This document shows, in pieces, positions 26,435-36,452 of a stretch of 52,555 nt of DNA; the stretch's first letter is position 1; each line of letters starts with the position of its first letter. The notes below the pieces were generated by a model, which did no database searches, had not been told where the DNA came from, and was given only the letters and a program-made list of their open reading frames with translations. Both the position numbers and the translations under genes were made by a program. The DNA lies in the IMG/VR virus record IMGVR_UViG_3300029998_000044, positions 1 to 52,555 of that record; one strand, written 5' to 3'. The stretch comes from a virus. Taxonomy: Duplodnaviria; Caudoviricetes.

Positions 26435-26461
26435 CTCGCAATTGATTAATATTGTTCGTAA
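26432..26461 (+). repeat. 30-bp cassette-boundary site
   Basis: TAACTCGCAAT-TGATTAAT-ATTGTTCGTAA. Confidence 0.8.
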
Positions 26462-26470
26462 CATTATTAT

Positions 26471-26497
26471 GGGAGATTGGATTCTCCCTAATTTTTT
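26471..26497 (+). terminator. Rho-independent terminator
   Basis: GGGAGA-TTGGAT-TCTCCC-TAATTTTTT. Confidence 0.7.
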
Positions 26498-26502
26498 AAT
26501 AT

Positions 26503-26531
26503 ATTATATCACAATGGAATAATATTGTCAA
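26503..26531 (-). promoter_or_regulatory. Consensus sigmaA promoter on the minus strand (antisense)
   Basis: TTGACA-17bp-TATAAT with TG. Confidence 0.55.
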
Positions 26532-26607
26532 TAGTCGGTTATAGTGTTTATGAAAATAATGTGATGGGGCGAGAGTCATGTCATGGGATTTAATAGGAGG
26601 AAGAAAG

Positions 26608-27210
26608 ATGGCAGATGTATTAACACAGGAACAGATTGACAAGTTGGTAGCAGATAAGATAGCAGAAGCAACTAAGGGATTACTTACTGAAGAAGAAGTA
26701 ACTCGCAGAGTAACTGCTGAAGCTGATAGACGAGTAGAGAGTGGTATCCAGAAAGGTCTGGAAACTAAAAAGCAAATATGGGAGAGAGAGTATGCAGAGA
26801 GATTACAACTTAGTGCAGAGGAACTTGCTCAAAAGGAATACTCAGAAAAACTTCAAAGTGTAACAGCAAAGGAGAAAGAGATTCAAAAGAAAGCAAATAA
26901 ACTCGAAGCAAAAGATATGTTATCCGAAGCATCTATTCCTAAAGCACAATATGAAAAACTACTAGGTATGCTTGTATCAGATGATGATGCTACTACAAAG
27001 GCAAATGTTCAAGGCTTTATTGATATGTATAATTCTACAAAAGTTGAATTAGAAACTTCAATAAAAAGCCAGTTCGCTAATATACCACCTCCACATACTG
27101 GTGGCAAAGATGATGTAGTAACTCAAGATTCTTTTAGGAAAATGGGATACGCAGACAAGTTAGCTTTTAAACAGGCTAATCCAGAACTTTACAAACAATA
27201 TATAAAATAA
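26608..27210 (+). CDS. Capsid scaffolding protein (DUF4355-like)
   Basis: TQEQID, EADRRV, coiled coil, C-terminal NPELY; precedes the capsid gene. Confidence 0.85.
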   Translation: MADVLTQEQIDKLVADKIAEATKGLLTEEEVTRRVTAEADRRVESGIQKGLETKKQIWEREYAERLQLSAEELAQKEYSEKLQSVTAKEKEIQKKANKLEAKDMLSEASIPKAQYEKLLGMLVSDDDATTKANVQGFIDMYNSTKVELETSIKSQFANIPPPHTGGKDDVVTQDSFRKMGYADKLAFKQANPELYKQYIK

Positions 27211-27225
27211 AGGAGATAATACAAT

Positions 27226-28242
27226 ATGGGTACAAATTTAAGTTTTCCTTATGATTCAGAGATATTCAACTATGATTGGAAAAATACACCAGATGTAATT
27301 CTTACGAGCCTTTTAGATTCTGGTGCTATGGTTAATGATAGTGAAATAGCAAATATGATTTCCAATGGTTCGAATTTCTTCACAGTTCCTTTCTACAATA
27401 TACTTGGTGGAACAGAGGATGTATACAACGGAGTAAGTAACTTTACTGGTGCTTCACTTACTGGTGGTAGCTATAGTGGTTGCGTATTCGGTAGAATGTC
27501 AAAATGGACTGCTAAATCGTTCATCAAAGACTTCAATAGTGGTGCTGACCCAATGGCACAGATAGTATCTGGAGTTGCTGGTTTCTGGCATAAAGCTAGA
27601 CAGACAAGAGTTATCGCAATTCTTGAAGCAGTATTCGGTATTACTGGAGATGCAGATTGGACTAAGCATAAGATTAATATAGCAACTACTGGTTCAACTA
27701 CTACTGATTCAAACAGAATGGGAGCAACAACTATCAATGATGCTTGTATATCAGCTTGTGGAGATATGGCTACAGACTTCACACTTGCCATCATGCATTC
27801 GAATGTTGCTAATAAACTGGCTAACCATCAGTTGCTTGAGTATAGCAAGTACACAGATGCAATGGGTATCACTAGAAATCTTCCAATAGGACAGATAAAT
27901 GGTAAGACTGTTGTAATCAATGATAATGTTCCTACTAAATCATCTTCAAGTGATACTGATGAATTTGAGTACACAACTTATGTCCTTGGACTTGGCTCAC
28001 TCAGATATGCACCAGCACCAGTTGATGTACCTTCCGAAATGGATAGAAACCCAGATACAAATGGTGGACTTGATATGATATACACTAGACTCAGAGAATG
28101 TATCCATCCTTATGGCTTCTCATTCAAGGGTGATGTTACAACTGATGTAGGTGTTCCAGATGCCGTTCTTACTGCTAGTGCTTCATACGAAAGAAAACTG
28201 CCAGCAAAGGCAATCAAAATGGTTAGAATTGTAACTAACTAG
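27226..28242 (+). CDS. Major capsid protein
   Basis: Position and size; AIMHS.VA..L, G..VVI.D..P, HPYGFSF. Confidence 0.88.
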   Translation: MGTNLSFPYDSEIFNYDWKNTPDVILTSLLDSGAMVNDSEIANMISNGSNFFTVPFYNILGGTEDVYNGVSNFTGASLTGGSYSGCVFGRMSKWTAKSFIKDFNSGADPMAQIVSGVAGFWHKARQTRVIAILEAVFGITGDADWTKHKINIATTGSTTTDSNRMGATTINDACISACGDMATDFTLAIMHSNVANKLANHQLLEYSKYTDAMGITRNLPIGQINGKTVVINDNVPTKSSSSDTDEFEYTTYVLGLGSLRYAPAPVDVPSEMDRNPDTNGGLDMIYTRLRECIHPYGFSFKGDVTTDVGVPDAVLTASASYERKLPAKAIKMVRIVTN

Positions 28243-28253
28243 TAGAGGAGATA

Positions 28254-28535
28254 ATGAGTATGTATATTTATCAGAACGGTAAGTTATATGCTCGTAAAGA
28301 TGATAAGCTAGTCGGAGTGGATTTCTGCTCCGACCAAGCTATTCCTGTTGAGGGAACTGAATGTGAACTTGCAGAAATATATCAAGACTTATCTCTTTAT
28401 GAGGTATTACGAAAGTTTCAGATTATAAATGGTAAGGATTATAAATTCCCTAGAGAGGTTGAGGTGAAAGCTGATGTCACAATCGAGCCAGTTGTCAAGC
28501 CTAAAAGAACTCCTAGGAAATCCATCAGTAAGTGA
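28254..28535 (+). CDS. Hypothetical head-associated protein
   Basis: Follows the capsid gene; basic C-terminus. Confidence 0.55.
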   Translation: MSMYIYQNGKLYARKDDKLVGVDFCSDQAIPVEGTECELAEIYQDLSLYEVLRKFQIINGKDYKFPREVEVKADVTIEPVVKPKRTPRKSISK

Positions 28536-28803
28536 TAGTATACTCCAGTTTTATCTGGATTGTGCTAGAGATATTATATGTGAGTTGAGAAACACAGATA
28601 TGATTGAACTTAAATATTTAACAATCCAAATTAGAATGGCAGTTGAAATGTACAATAAAAGTGGTGCAGAAGGTCAAACTGCTCATAGTGAAAATGGAAT
28701 TGCCAGAACCTATGAGAAAGGTGATATATCAGATTCACTTTTATCTAAGATTACTCCAGCAGTTAAAACCCCATTCTCAGAAGTTAGGATTGTTACAGTA
28801 TGA
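28474..28803 (+). CDS. Head-tail connector (adaptor)
   Basis: AVEMYNK.GAEG...HSENGI.R.Y. Confidence 0.85.
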   Translation: MSQSSQLSSLKELLGNPSVSDSILQFYLDCARDIICELRNTDMIELKYLTIQIRMAVEMYNKSGAEGQTAHSENGIARTYEKGDISDSLLSKITPAVKTPFSEVRIVTV

Positions 28804-29153
28804 GAACTTTAGGAATCAATAAAACAAAGTTATGGCTTGTTAGACAATCTGGTGTTACAGATAATTTTGATTCTGATGGATTTAAAACTGGAGAAAAGAT
28901 AAAAGTTTATAGCACACCGACAATTGTTTATATAAATATTTACCCTTCAAACGGTAAGATTGTAGAACAGATATTTGGTAAAGATTATTCATGTGATATG
29001 ATGGCAGTAAGCAACGAAGTACACTTGCTAAAAGATGATTTGTTATTCTTGTCATTACCAGTAAGTAATTATGATGAAACTTATGATTATAGATTGGACA
29101 AAATAAACAAGAGTATTAATACCACAAATTATGGATTAAGGATGCGAACTTAA
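28800..29153 (+). CDS. Head closure protein
   Basis: Synteny; D.DG..TGE...Y..P. Confidence 0.7.
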   Translation: MRTLGINKTKLWLVRQSGVTDNFDSDGFKTGEKIKVYSTPTIVYINIYPSNGKIVEQIFGKDYSCDMMAVSNEVHLLKDDLLFLSLPVSNYDETYDYRLDKINKSINTTNYGLRMRT

Positions 29154-29635
29154 TGTTTAAGGATATACAAGTAAACATAGATATTAATAATATTGATGTT
29201 GGCATTAGAGAATGGAAAGAAGTTCACGCAAAGTTTCAACGAGGTTATGAACTTGGAATAGAGGAATTAGCAATTAGAGTTGAAGGTAAGATTCAAGAGT
29301 ATTTAGATATGTATGGTCTTGGAGGTAGCGAATTATCAAGTACGGTTCACATATCAGAAGTTGAAGGTGGATTAAGAGTTGAAGTTGGCACAGACTATGC
29401 TATGTATGTTGAATATGGAACTGGTATCGTTGGTGAACAATCTCCACATCCCCATCCTTGGGCATATGATATAAACAATCATGGAGAACAAGGATGGCAG
29501 TATATTGGAAAAGATGGTAGACTTCATTGGACTATGGGTTCAGAAGCTAAACCTTTCATGTACAATTCATGGTTATGGGCAAAGCGAAGTGCATATAATA
29601 TCATAATGAAGAACATAAGAAAACAATTCAAGTAG
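29153..29635 (+). CDS. HK97 gp10-like tail completion protein
   Basis: YAMYVEYGTG, W.Y....G...WT.G..AKPFM. Confidence 0.85.
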   Translation: MFKDIQVNIDINNIDVGIREWKEVHAKFQRGYELGIEELAIRVEGKIQEYLDMYGLGGSELSSTVHISEVEGGLRVEVGTDYAMYVEYGTGIVGEQSPHPHPWAYDINNHGEQGWQYIGKDGRLHWTMGSEAKPFMYNSWLWAKRSAYNIIMKNIRKQFK

Positions 29636-29647
29636 GAGGATACGGTA

Positions 29648-30040
29648 TTGATAATTGATATAACAAATGAAGTTTTGACATACGTTCAAACTAATTACCC
29701 AACTATGAATTTATTATCTACCTATCCATCCACAACACCAGTTTTCCCATGCGTGGTAATGGAAGAAATGACTAATAACCAATTAAAGGAAACGGTTGAT
29801 AGTGATGGTGAACATCATAGTGATGTGATGATTCAAGTTGATATTTTCACTCAAGGAGATAGAAAAATATCAGATGCCAAAGCAATCAGAAAACAGATAG
29901 ATGATATAATGAGTGGTTATTATAAAATGGGTAGAACTTATTCTGGTATAACTCCAAACTTCTTGGATACAAATATATACCGATATACCTTGAGATATTC
30001 ATTTATAGTAAGTGAAAATAAAGTTATATATAGGGGGTAA
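29648..30040 (+). CDS. Tail terminator protein
   Basis: FP.V..EE..N, QVDIF, IYR..LRY. Confidence 0.8.
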   Translation: MIIDITNEVLTYVQTNYPTMNLLSTYPSTTPVFPCVVMEEMTNNQLKETVDSDGEHHSDVMIQVDIFTQGDRKISDAKAIRKQIDDIMSGYYKMGRTYSGITPNFLDTNIYRYTLRYSFIVSENKVIYRG

Positions 30041-30045
30041 AATAA

Positions 30046-30447
30046 ATGGCGGTTTCAACAGTTACTACCACACTAAATTATAAAGTTTTAGTTGGAGATA
30101 GTTATGCTAAGTTGTGCGATATAGTTAGTTATCCAGATTTGGGTTCAGCACCTTCCAAACTTGATACAACTGATTTAGCACAGACTAGTGTAAAAACTAA
30201 TATTCTTGGACTGCAAGATGCACCAGATTTAACATTTGAGTGTAATTATGATGAAGCAACGTATAACACAATAAATGCTTTGAATAAATCTACTGTATAT
30301 TTCATACAATTATTGTTTGGAACAGATGGTGCATTTACTTGGACTGGTCAAATAAGAGCATATGTAACTGGTGCTGGTGTTGACGAAGTTCGTAAAATGA
30401 GCATAGTCATTGGAACTTATACACCAATTGCATTCGCAGTAAACTAA
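30046..30447 (+). CDS. Tail tube protein, copy 1
   Basis: DI.SYPDLG..P..LDTTDL......I.GLQD...LTFECNY. Confidence 0.85.
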   Translation: MAVSTVTTTLNYKVLVGDSYAKLCDIVSYPDLGSAPSKLDTTDLAQTSVKTNILGLQDAPDLTFECNYDEATYNTINALNKSTVYFIQLLFGTDGAFTWTGQIRAYVTGAGVDEVRKMSIVIGTYTPIAFAVN

Positions 30448-30460
30448 TAGGAGGTAAATT

Positions 30461-30871
30461 ATGGCAATATTAAGTACAGCTAATACTACACTTAATTATT
30501 GTGCCACTCAAGGTGGAGTATATACGAAACTTGTTGATATAGTTTCTTATCCAGATATGGGTGCTTCTCCATCTAAGTTAGACACAACTGACCTAAGTGC
30601 TACGGTATCTAAGACTAATATTCTTGGACTGCAAGATGCACCAGATTTAACCTTTGAATGTAACTATGATGAAACAGCATATAATACTTTGAAAGGTCTT
30701 ACTGGTACTTACTGGTTTAACCTATTCTTTGGAACTGCTGGAGCAGATGGTATATTCGAATGGCAAGGAAAAATAAACGTATTTAGTACTGGTGGTGGAG
30801 TAGACGAAGTTAGAAAAATGTCTGTAGTTGTATCTAATGCTACACCAATAACTTTCGAATATTCTGCTTAA
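30461..30871 (+). CDS. Tail tube protein, copy 2
   Basis: Clear paralog of the 30046 protein. Confidence 0.85.
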   Translation: MAILSTANTTLNYCATQGGVYTKLVDIVSYPDMGASPSKLDTTDLSATVSKTNILGLQDAPDLTFECNYDETAYNTLKGLTGTYWFNLFFGTAGADGIFEWQGKINVFSTGGGVDEVRKMSVVVSNATPITFEYSA

Positions 30872-30901
30872 TAAAATAATGTGAAATTGTAGGAGGATGG
30901 A

Positions 30902-31246
30902 ATGAATATTAATATTGATGGCAAAGATGTGGAATTAGGATTCTCATATAACTCATTCAAGTATATGCAAGATTTTGACCTAAGTGAATTGGTAGGAATG
31001 GAAGGTAAACCTTTCAAGATTATAACAATTACGGAAAGCCTATTAATAGGAGCAGTTAATTGTGACCCTAAAGTTAAGTTTCCAGAAGCCAAAGTTACAG
31101 AGTTCCTTGAGGAATATGTAGTTGAAAATTCTATAGCTGACTTGTTAGAGGAATTAATGAAACTGTTGGAGGATTCACATTTTTTCAAGTCACTTCAAAA
31201 GACGAACCAGAAAGCACCAATGAGTGTGCCGAAGAAGAAGAAATAA
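30902..31246 (+). CDS. Tail assembly chaperone (gpG-like)
   Basis: Between tube genes and TMP; slippery heptamer near its end. Confidence 0.8.
   Translation: MNINIDGKDVELGFSYNSFKYMQDFDLSELVGMEGKPFKIITITESLLIGAVNCDPKVKFPEAKVTEFLEEYVVENSIADLLEELMKLLEDSHFFKSLQKTNQKAPMSVPKKKK
31180..31186 (+). other. Programmed -1 frameshift site
   Basis: T TTT TTC in frame; the -1 frame is open into the 31288-31632 ORF. Confidence 0.8.
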
Positions 31247-31287
31247 TTGCCGACACTTTTGAAGATGAATTAGATAGTATACCCTTC

Positions 31288-31632
31288 TTGCAAAAGATAG
31301 AGGATGAAGTTTTACCTAATGCCTTAATGATAGGGGTTGATTATGATTTGTTTTGGACATTAAATCCTAAATCATTATCCCCATTCGTTAAGGCTTTTTC
31401 TTTGAAGCAGAAACATGAAGATGCTTTGGCATGGTCACAGGGTATATATATCAGACTGGCAATTTCAAGTTGTTTAAATAAAGCAAGTAAATATCCAGAA
31501 AAGCCAATGATGGCTGATAAGATTAAAGTTGAACCAGAAAAGCCTATGAGTATGGAAGAAATAAAAAGAAGGTTTATGGCTCATGCTAATGATATAAATA
31601 TAAAATTTAGAAAGGAGGTAACTAATGGCTAA
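31288..31632 (+). CDS. Tail chaperone frameshift extension (gpT-like)
   Basis: IGV.YD.FW.L.P, AW.QG.Y, YPEKP; no good RBS of its own. Confidence 0.75.
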   Translation: MQKIEDEVLPNALMIGVDYDLFWTLNPKSLSPFVKAFSLKQKHEDALAWSQGIYIRLAISSCLNKASKYPEKPMMADKIKVEPEKPMSMEEIKRRFMAHANDINIKFRKEVTNG

Positions 31633-34168
31633 AGATACTATGGGTCTTGGCATACTGATTAGTGGTAATGCAAAAGGTGGAATAAAAGCTATTGATGATA
31701 CAACTAGTTCTTTTAAAAGACTGGGAACTGCTACTAAGGGTACTGCCGATAGTATGTCTAAATTTTATGATAAAACCAGAAATACAAATAACGCATTAAA
31801 CAATATAGCAAAAGATGCAAACCGTTCTGCTGAAGGACTTTCAAAAATGGGAAAGGCTATGAACCAGATGGCTGGTGCTACTGGAGTTTATATGCTTGCA
31901 AATGCACTTTCAAAAGCAATACAATCCTCTATGGATATGATAGAAACAGTCAATCTGTTTAGTGTATCAATGGGAGATATGGCAGTTGAAGGTCAGCAAT
32001 TTGTAGTTGCTATGAGTGATGCCTTTGGATTTGACCAGACTAACATACAGAATGCAGTAGGTAACTTTAATCTGTTGGCTAGGTCAATGGGATTCTCAAC
32101 AGAACAGGCACAAACTTTATCTACTAATACCTATAAACTAGGTAAGGATTTGGCTTCATTAACCAATGTACCTATAAATCAAGTTATGCAAGATTTACGT
32201 TCTGGTTTGATAGGTCAGACTGAAACTGTATATAAATATGGTATGGACTTAACAGAAGCAAGTTTGGGAGCAGAAGCAGTTGCACAAGGTATAACTAAGT
32301 CAGTAAGGTCAATGTCACAGGGAGAGAAGATGGCATTAAGGTATTCCTTGATGTTGAAACAAAGTACTTTGGCTCAAGGTGACTTTGCACGAACTATTCA
32401 ATCTCCAGCTAATCAGTTGAAGGTTCTTAGTGAAAGATTTGTTACACTTGGTAGGTCAGTTGGTTCAATGTTCATTCCACTACTTACTTCTATCTTACCA
32501 TATCTGAATGCGTTTGTCAAGACTCTTACTGGAATATTTAATACGATAGCAACATTCTTCGGTTATGTTCCACCAACAGTAAGTGATATGTCTGGAACAT
32601 TTAGTGGAGTAGAAGATGGTGCTGATGCAGCAACTGATGCAGTAGATGGTACAACTACGGCAATAAAAGAAATGAAAACTGCTACACTTGGTATAGATGA
32701 ACTTAATCTCATTCCAGATACTTCGGCTAGTGATAGTGCAAAAAAAGCTGGCTCTGGTGTAGGTGGAGCATCTATATTACCTAATTTTGAAATGCCATCA
32801 TATGACGATTTAATGAGTTCAGTTAAAAACACTAGTGATGAAATAGCTAAGAGCATGAAAACTGTTTGGGATAATTTTGTTAAGTTATCACAACCGTTGA
32901 TATTCGCAAATTGGGAGTCACTTAAATATAGTGTTGAGCAACTTGGTAAAGCATTAGGTAATCTAGGTAAAGTATCCCTTGCTGGATTATCATGGTTCTA
33001 TAAAGAAGTATTAGTTCCAATAGGTGTTTGGTTAATTGAAAAAGGATTGCCAGCATTCGTAAATGTACTCGCTCAATCATTCCAAACTTTAGCAGATGTA
33101 TTTACTGCACTTGCACCAGAAGGTCAGAAGTTTACTGAGAACATAATAAAACCTTTAGGAGAACTGGCTGGAACATTCATAATAGATACTCTTAACGGAA
33201 TAACTGGAGCATTAAAAGGTATAAGTGATTGGGCAAAGAATAATAAAACTGATGTAAAAGCTTGTGCTGATATTATTGCTGGATTCTTCACAGTATGGCA
33301 AGTTGGTAAGATGGTTGAATTTGTAACCAATGCTGGTGGAGTAGTAGACGCATTGTTGAAGTTTAAAAACGGTTTCATGGAACTAACAATAATAGAAACT
33401 ATAGCAACTACCATGACAACCATATTTACTGGTGCTTGTTGGTTGCTGGAAACTGCTATAGCAGTATTAACTTCTCCAATAACTTTGACTATATTAGCAA
33501 TAGCAGGAGTAATCGCAATAGGATATTTGCTTATAAAGAACTGGGATTTAGTTATCCAGACTGCTCAAAATCTAGCAATGGGAACTGCTAATGCATTCCG
33601 TAATCTTGGAGATTGGATGCAGAAAAATGTTGGTGATAAATTAACCAAGATGTTTAATGACACTTGGAATAATATATACAACAATATAAGATGGGCAATT
33701 AATGGTATAATAGGTTTAATGAATGGTATGATAGATGGTATGGGAGGTTTGATTGAAGGTATATTAGTTGGTATCAATAAAATGATATTAGCTTTCAGTT
33801 TAGCAAAATCGGCTCTAGGTATTGCTGGATGGGTATATCCAATATCATTCTCAACATCAATGCCCCATATACCATATCTCGCAAAGGGTGGACAGTTAGA
33901 TGCTGGACAACAATTTGTAGCAGGGGAATCTGGAGCAGAGATGATTGGTAGTTACAAAGGTAAGACAACCGTTATGCCATTGGAGAATACAGACTTTGTA
34001 CAAGCTATGCATGATGCAGTTCTTAGTGCAATGACTAAGAGTGGGGCAGAGAATAACCAAGTTATAGAGAATGTAGTAAATCTTGATGGTCAAGTTATAT
34101 ACGCAAATCAGCAGAAGGTTTCAACTCAACGAGGTAAGAACTTTGGAATGGGGGTATTCGCAAGATGA
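31625..34168 (+). CDS. Tape measure protein
   Basis: 847 aa; GDFART..S.ANQL, periodic Trp, IPYLAKGG...AGE.GAE. Confidence 0.9.
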   Translation: MAKDTMGLGILISGNAKGGIKAIDDTTSSFKRLGTATKGTADSMSKFYDKTRNTNNALNNIAKDANRSAEGLSKMGKAMNQMAGATGVYMLANALSKAIQSSMDMIETVNLFSVSMGDMAVEGQQFVVAMSDAFGFDQTNIQNAVGNFNLLARSMGFSTEQAQTLSTNTYKLGKDLASLTNVPINQVMQDLRSGLIGQTETVYKYGMDLTEASLGAEAVAQGITKSVRSMSQGEKMALRYSLMLKQSTLAQGDFARTIQSPANQLKVLSERFVTLGRSVGSMFIPLLTSILPYLNAFVKTLTGIFNTIATFFGYVPPTVSDMSGTFSGVEDGADAATDAVDGTTTAIKEMKTATLGIDELNLIPDTSASDSAKKAGSGVGGASILPNFEMPSYDDLMSSVKNTSDEIAKSMKTVWDNFVKLSQPLIFANWESLKYSVEQLGKALGNLGKVSLAGLSWFYKEVLVPIGVWLIEKGLPAFVNVLAQSFQTLADVFTALAPEGQKFTENIIKPLGELAGTFIIDTLNGITGALKGISDWAKNNKTDVKACADIIAGFFTVWQVGKMVEFVTNAGGVVDALLKFKNGFMELTIIETIATTMTTIFTGACWLLETAIAVLTSPITLTILAIAGVIAIGYLLIKNWDLVIQTAQNLAMGTANAFRNLGDWMQKNVGDKLTKMFNDTWNNIYNNIRWAINGIIGLMNGMIDGMGGLIEGILVGINKMILAFSLAKSALGIAGWVYPISFSTSMPHIPYLAKGGQLDAGQQFVAGESGAEMIGSYKGKTTVMPLENTDFVQAMHDAVLSAMTKSGAENNQVIENVVNLDGQVIYANQQKVSTQRGKNFGMGVFAR

Positions 34169-34548
34169 TAAGTAATGGTTTTATTAAAGTGAACGGTGTG
34201 GTACTCCCATACCCTTCCTATGGTGTTAATATTCAAAGACAACAGTTTGTAGATAGTGCAAGAAATGCTTATGGTCAAGTCATAGCACAGAAGGTTAATC
34301 GAAGAATAGTTAAGATAGATGGACTAGAATGGAGTCATTTAACTTCAGCACAATGGCATACTATACTAGTTGAGATAGAGAAGTTTACTGGTACACTTGA
34401 GTTTTGGGATTCCTTATCAATGAGTTATATTACACGAACTGTTTATTGGGGTGATGCTAGTGAAGAAATATATAGGATTGACCCATCAACTGGTGAAGTA
34501 ACTGAATATATAAATTGTAAATGCAACTTAATTGATATGGGATATTAA
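34165..34548 (+). CDS. Distal tail protein (Dit-like)
   Basis: Follows TMP; NG..LP.P, DS.RNA.G. Confidence 0.7.
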   Translation: MISNGFIKVNGVVLPYPSYGVNIQRQQFVDSARNAYGQVIAQKVNRRIVKIDGLEWSHLTSAQWHTILVEIEKFTGTLEFWDSLSMSYITRTVYWGDASEEIYRIDPSTGEVTEYINCKCNLIDMGY

Positions 34549-34562
34549 GGAAGGAGGTAGCT

Positions 34563-36440
34563 ATGTATATTGTTTCAGATGAATATAAAGAACAAATAAG
34601 GCAACCTCTTAGAAATTCATCAAGTGTTAAGGTGTTGTTGGATATAGAAAATGCAGATGCAGATGATGATTCAACTATAACAGAGTCAGCACCAGCAAGT
34701 CCTATATCAAATGCTTCAGTATTAAATGATGATTATTTTGTAAATGATAGAATTGGTACTATGGAGATAAATAGGTTCATACTTGATGGTGAGTCTAATT
34801 TTGGAAAATATGCTGACCAAGAAATATATCAAGGATATATAAGTCAGATTCCAAGTAGTTCATCAAATGTATGGGCAAGTAATCCATATATAACTATAGA
34901 TTTTTCATATGAACAGATACTAGATGGACTATCGTTTGTATTCGATAACCTATTATATGGTTATCCTACAGATATGAGAATAGAAGTATTCAATGGAGTA
35001 ACATCAGTATTAGATACTCATGTATATCCAGATAGTTATGAGTGGACATATAACTCTCCTATACCAGCTTGTACTAAGATTATTTTAACTGCACAGGCAA
35101 CTAGTCTTCGATACTGGAGATTCAGAATAGAAGATATAATATTTGGAATAGTCAAACAATTAGATTCTAGTGTAATAACAACTTGCAATTGGAAACAAGA
35201 AGTTGATTTAGTTGATGCTAAACTTCCAACATATGATTTTGATTTTTCATTCTTAGATATTGCTGGTGAATTTAATCCAGATGATGATACTAGTTTGTAT
35301 CAGTATTTAGGTAGAAGACAAAGGGTTAGATTCTATTTCGGATATGAATTAAATGATGCTACTATAGAATGGGTAAAAGGTAGTGAGTATTTTACAACTG
35401 GTGAGGTATCAGTTGATGCTCAGTCCAATATACCAATAGTTTCCATAAAGAGTTCTTCACGATTATATTTCTTAACAGAAGAATATACAGAAGGTAAGTA
35501 TCTTAATGTATCATGGTCATTAGGTGGATTACTAGAAGACTTAACTACTTTCATGGGTATAAATCCATTGTATAATGATATACTGCATCAGTATTCATAT
35601 GTAATATCTGACTATACTTATTTTAATGTACAGACAAAACTTCCATTACCCAAACTTCCAATAAATCAGTGCTTACAATTATTGGCTAATGCTAGTATGT
35701 GCGTATTGGAAATTGATAGAGATGGTAAAATAGTAATGTTCCCTAGGAAATTAGGAGCAGAAGATTTCGCATTGACTTTTACAGATATGTATAAAGCACC
35801 ATTGATTAAGAAATATCCTCAACTTCAAGGTGTTGATACTGCAATAAATTTAATATCAAAAGAGAGTTCGCTTAGTACAATATTGACAACTGATGTTACT
35901 GGAGCAGTAGCAAGATTTTATGAGTTTTCATATGATGGATATACGGATGTTATTGTAACTTTGACTGGTTTATCCTATGTTGGAACTCCAGAAATATATG
36001 ATGGTCTTATGAGATGTTATGTAACTGGAACTGGAAGTATCAAAATAGAAGGTAAACAATTAATAACAACTGAACAATTAGTATCATACGAATATCAATT
36101 AAGAGGTGAAAGATGTCCTTCTAAAAATGAATTGATATACACTCTAGAACACGCATTAGATTATGCTGAATGGATTTCTGAATATGCATCATGTACCAAT
36201 CAATATGAAATTGAAAATAGAGGATTTCCAGAATTAGATATGGATAATATAACTTTTGATACAGTTCTTAATACCAATTTATATGGTACTGTATTCTATA
36301 ATGAAGTAACATATGATGGAACTCTTAAAGGTAAGACTAAAATATTGATGGCTAAAAATTTATTTACAACAATTGTAAATGTTTCTGGTACTTTCGCTTC
36401 TGGACAGGAATTAATCCTTCCAATAGGTTATAGTAAGTAG
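34563..36440 (+). CDS. Tail tip/baseplate hub protein
   Basis: Synteny; LQLLANA, DRDG.I, RG.PELD. Confidence 0.7.
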   Translation: MYIVSDEYKEQIRQPLRNSSSVKVLLDIENADADDDSTITESAPASPISNASVLNDDYFVNDRIGTMEINRFILDGESNFGKYADQEIYQGYISQIPSSSSNVWASNPYITIDFSYEQILDGLSFVFDNLLYGYPTDMRIEVFNGVTSVLDTHVYPDSYEWTYNSPIPACTKIILTAQATSLRYWRFRIEDIIFGIVKQLDSSVITTCNWKQEVDLVDAKLPTYDFDFSFLDIAGEFNPDDDTSLYQYLGRRQRVRFYFGYELNDATIEWVKGSEYFTTGEVSVDAQSNIPIVSIKSSSRLYFLTEEYTEGKYLNVSWSLGGLLEDLTTFMGINPLYNDILHQYSYVISDYTYFNVQTKLPLPKLPINQCLQLLANASMCVLEIDRDGKIVMFPRKLGAEDFALTFTDMYKAPLIKKYPQLQGVDTAINLISKESSLSTILTTDVTGAVARFYEFSYDGYTDVIVTLTGLSYVGTPEIYDGLMRCYVTGTGSIKIEGKQLITTEQLVSYEYQLRGERCPSKNELIYTLEHALDYAEWISEYASCTNQYEIENRGFPELDMDNITFDTVLNTNLYGTVFYNEVTYDGTLKGKTKILMAKNLFTTIVNVSGTFASGQELILPIGYSK

Positions 36441-36452
36441 AGGTGATAATTT

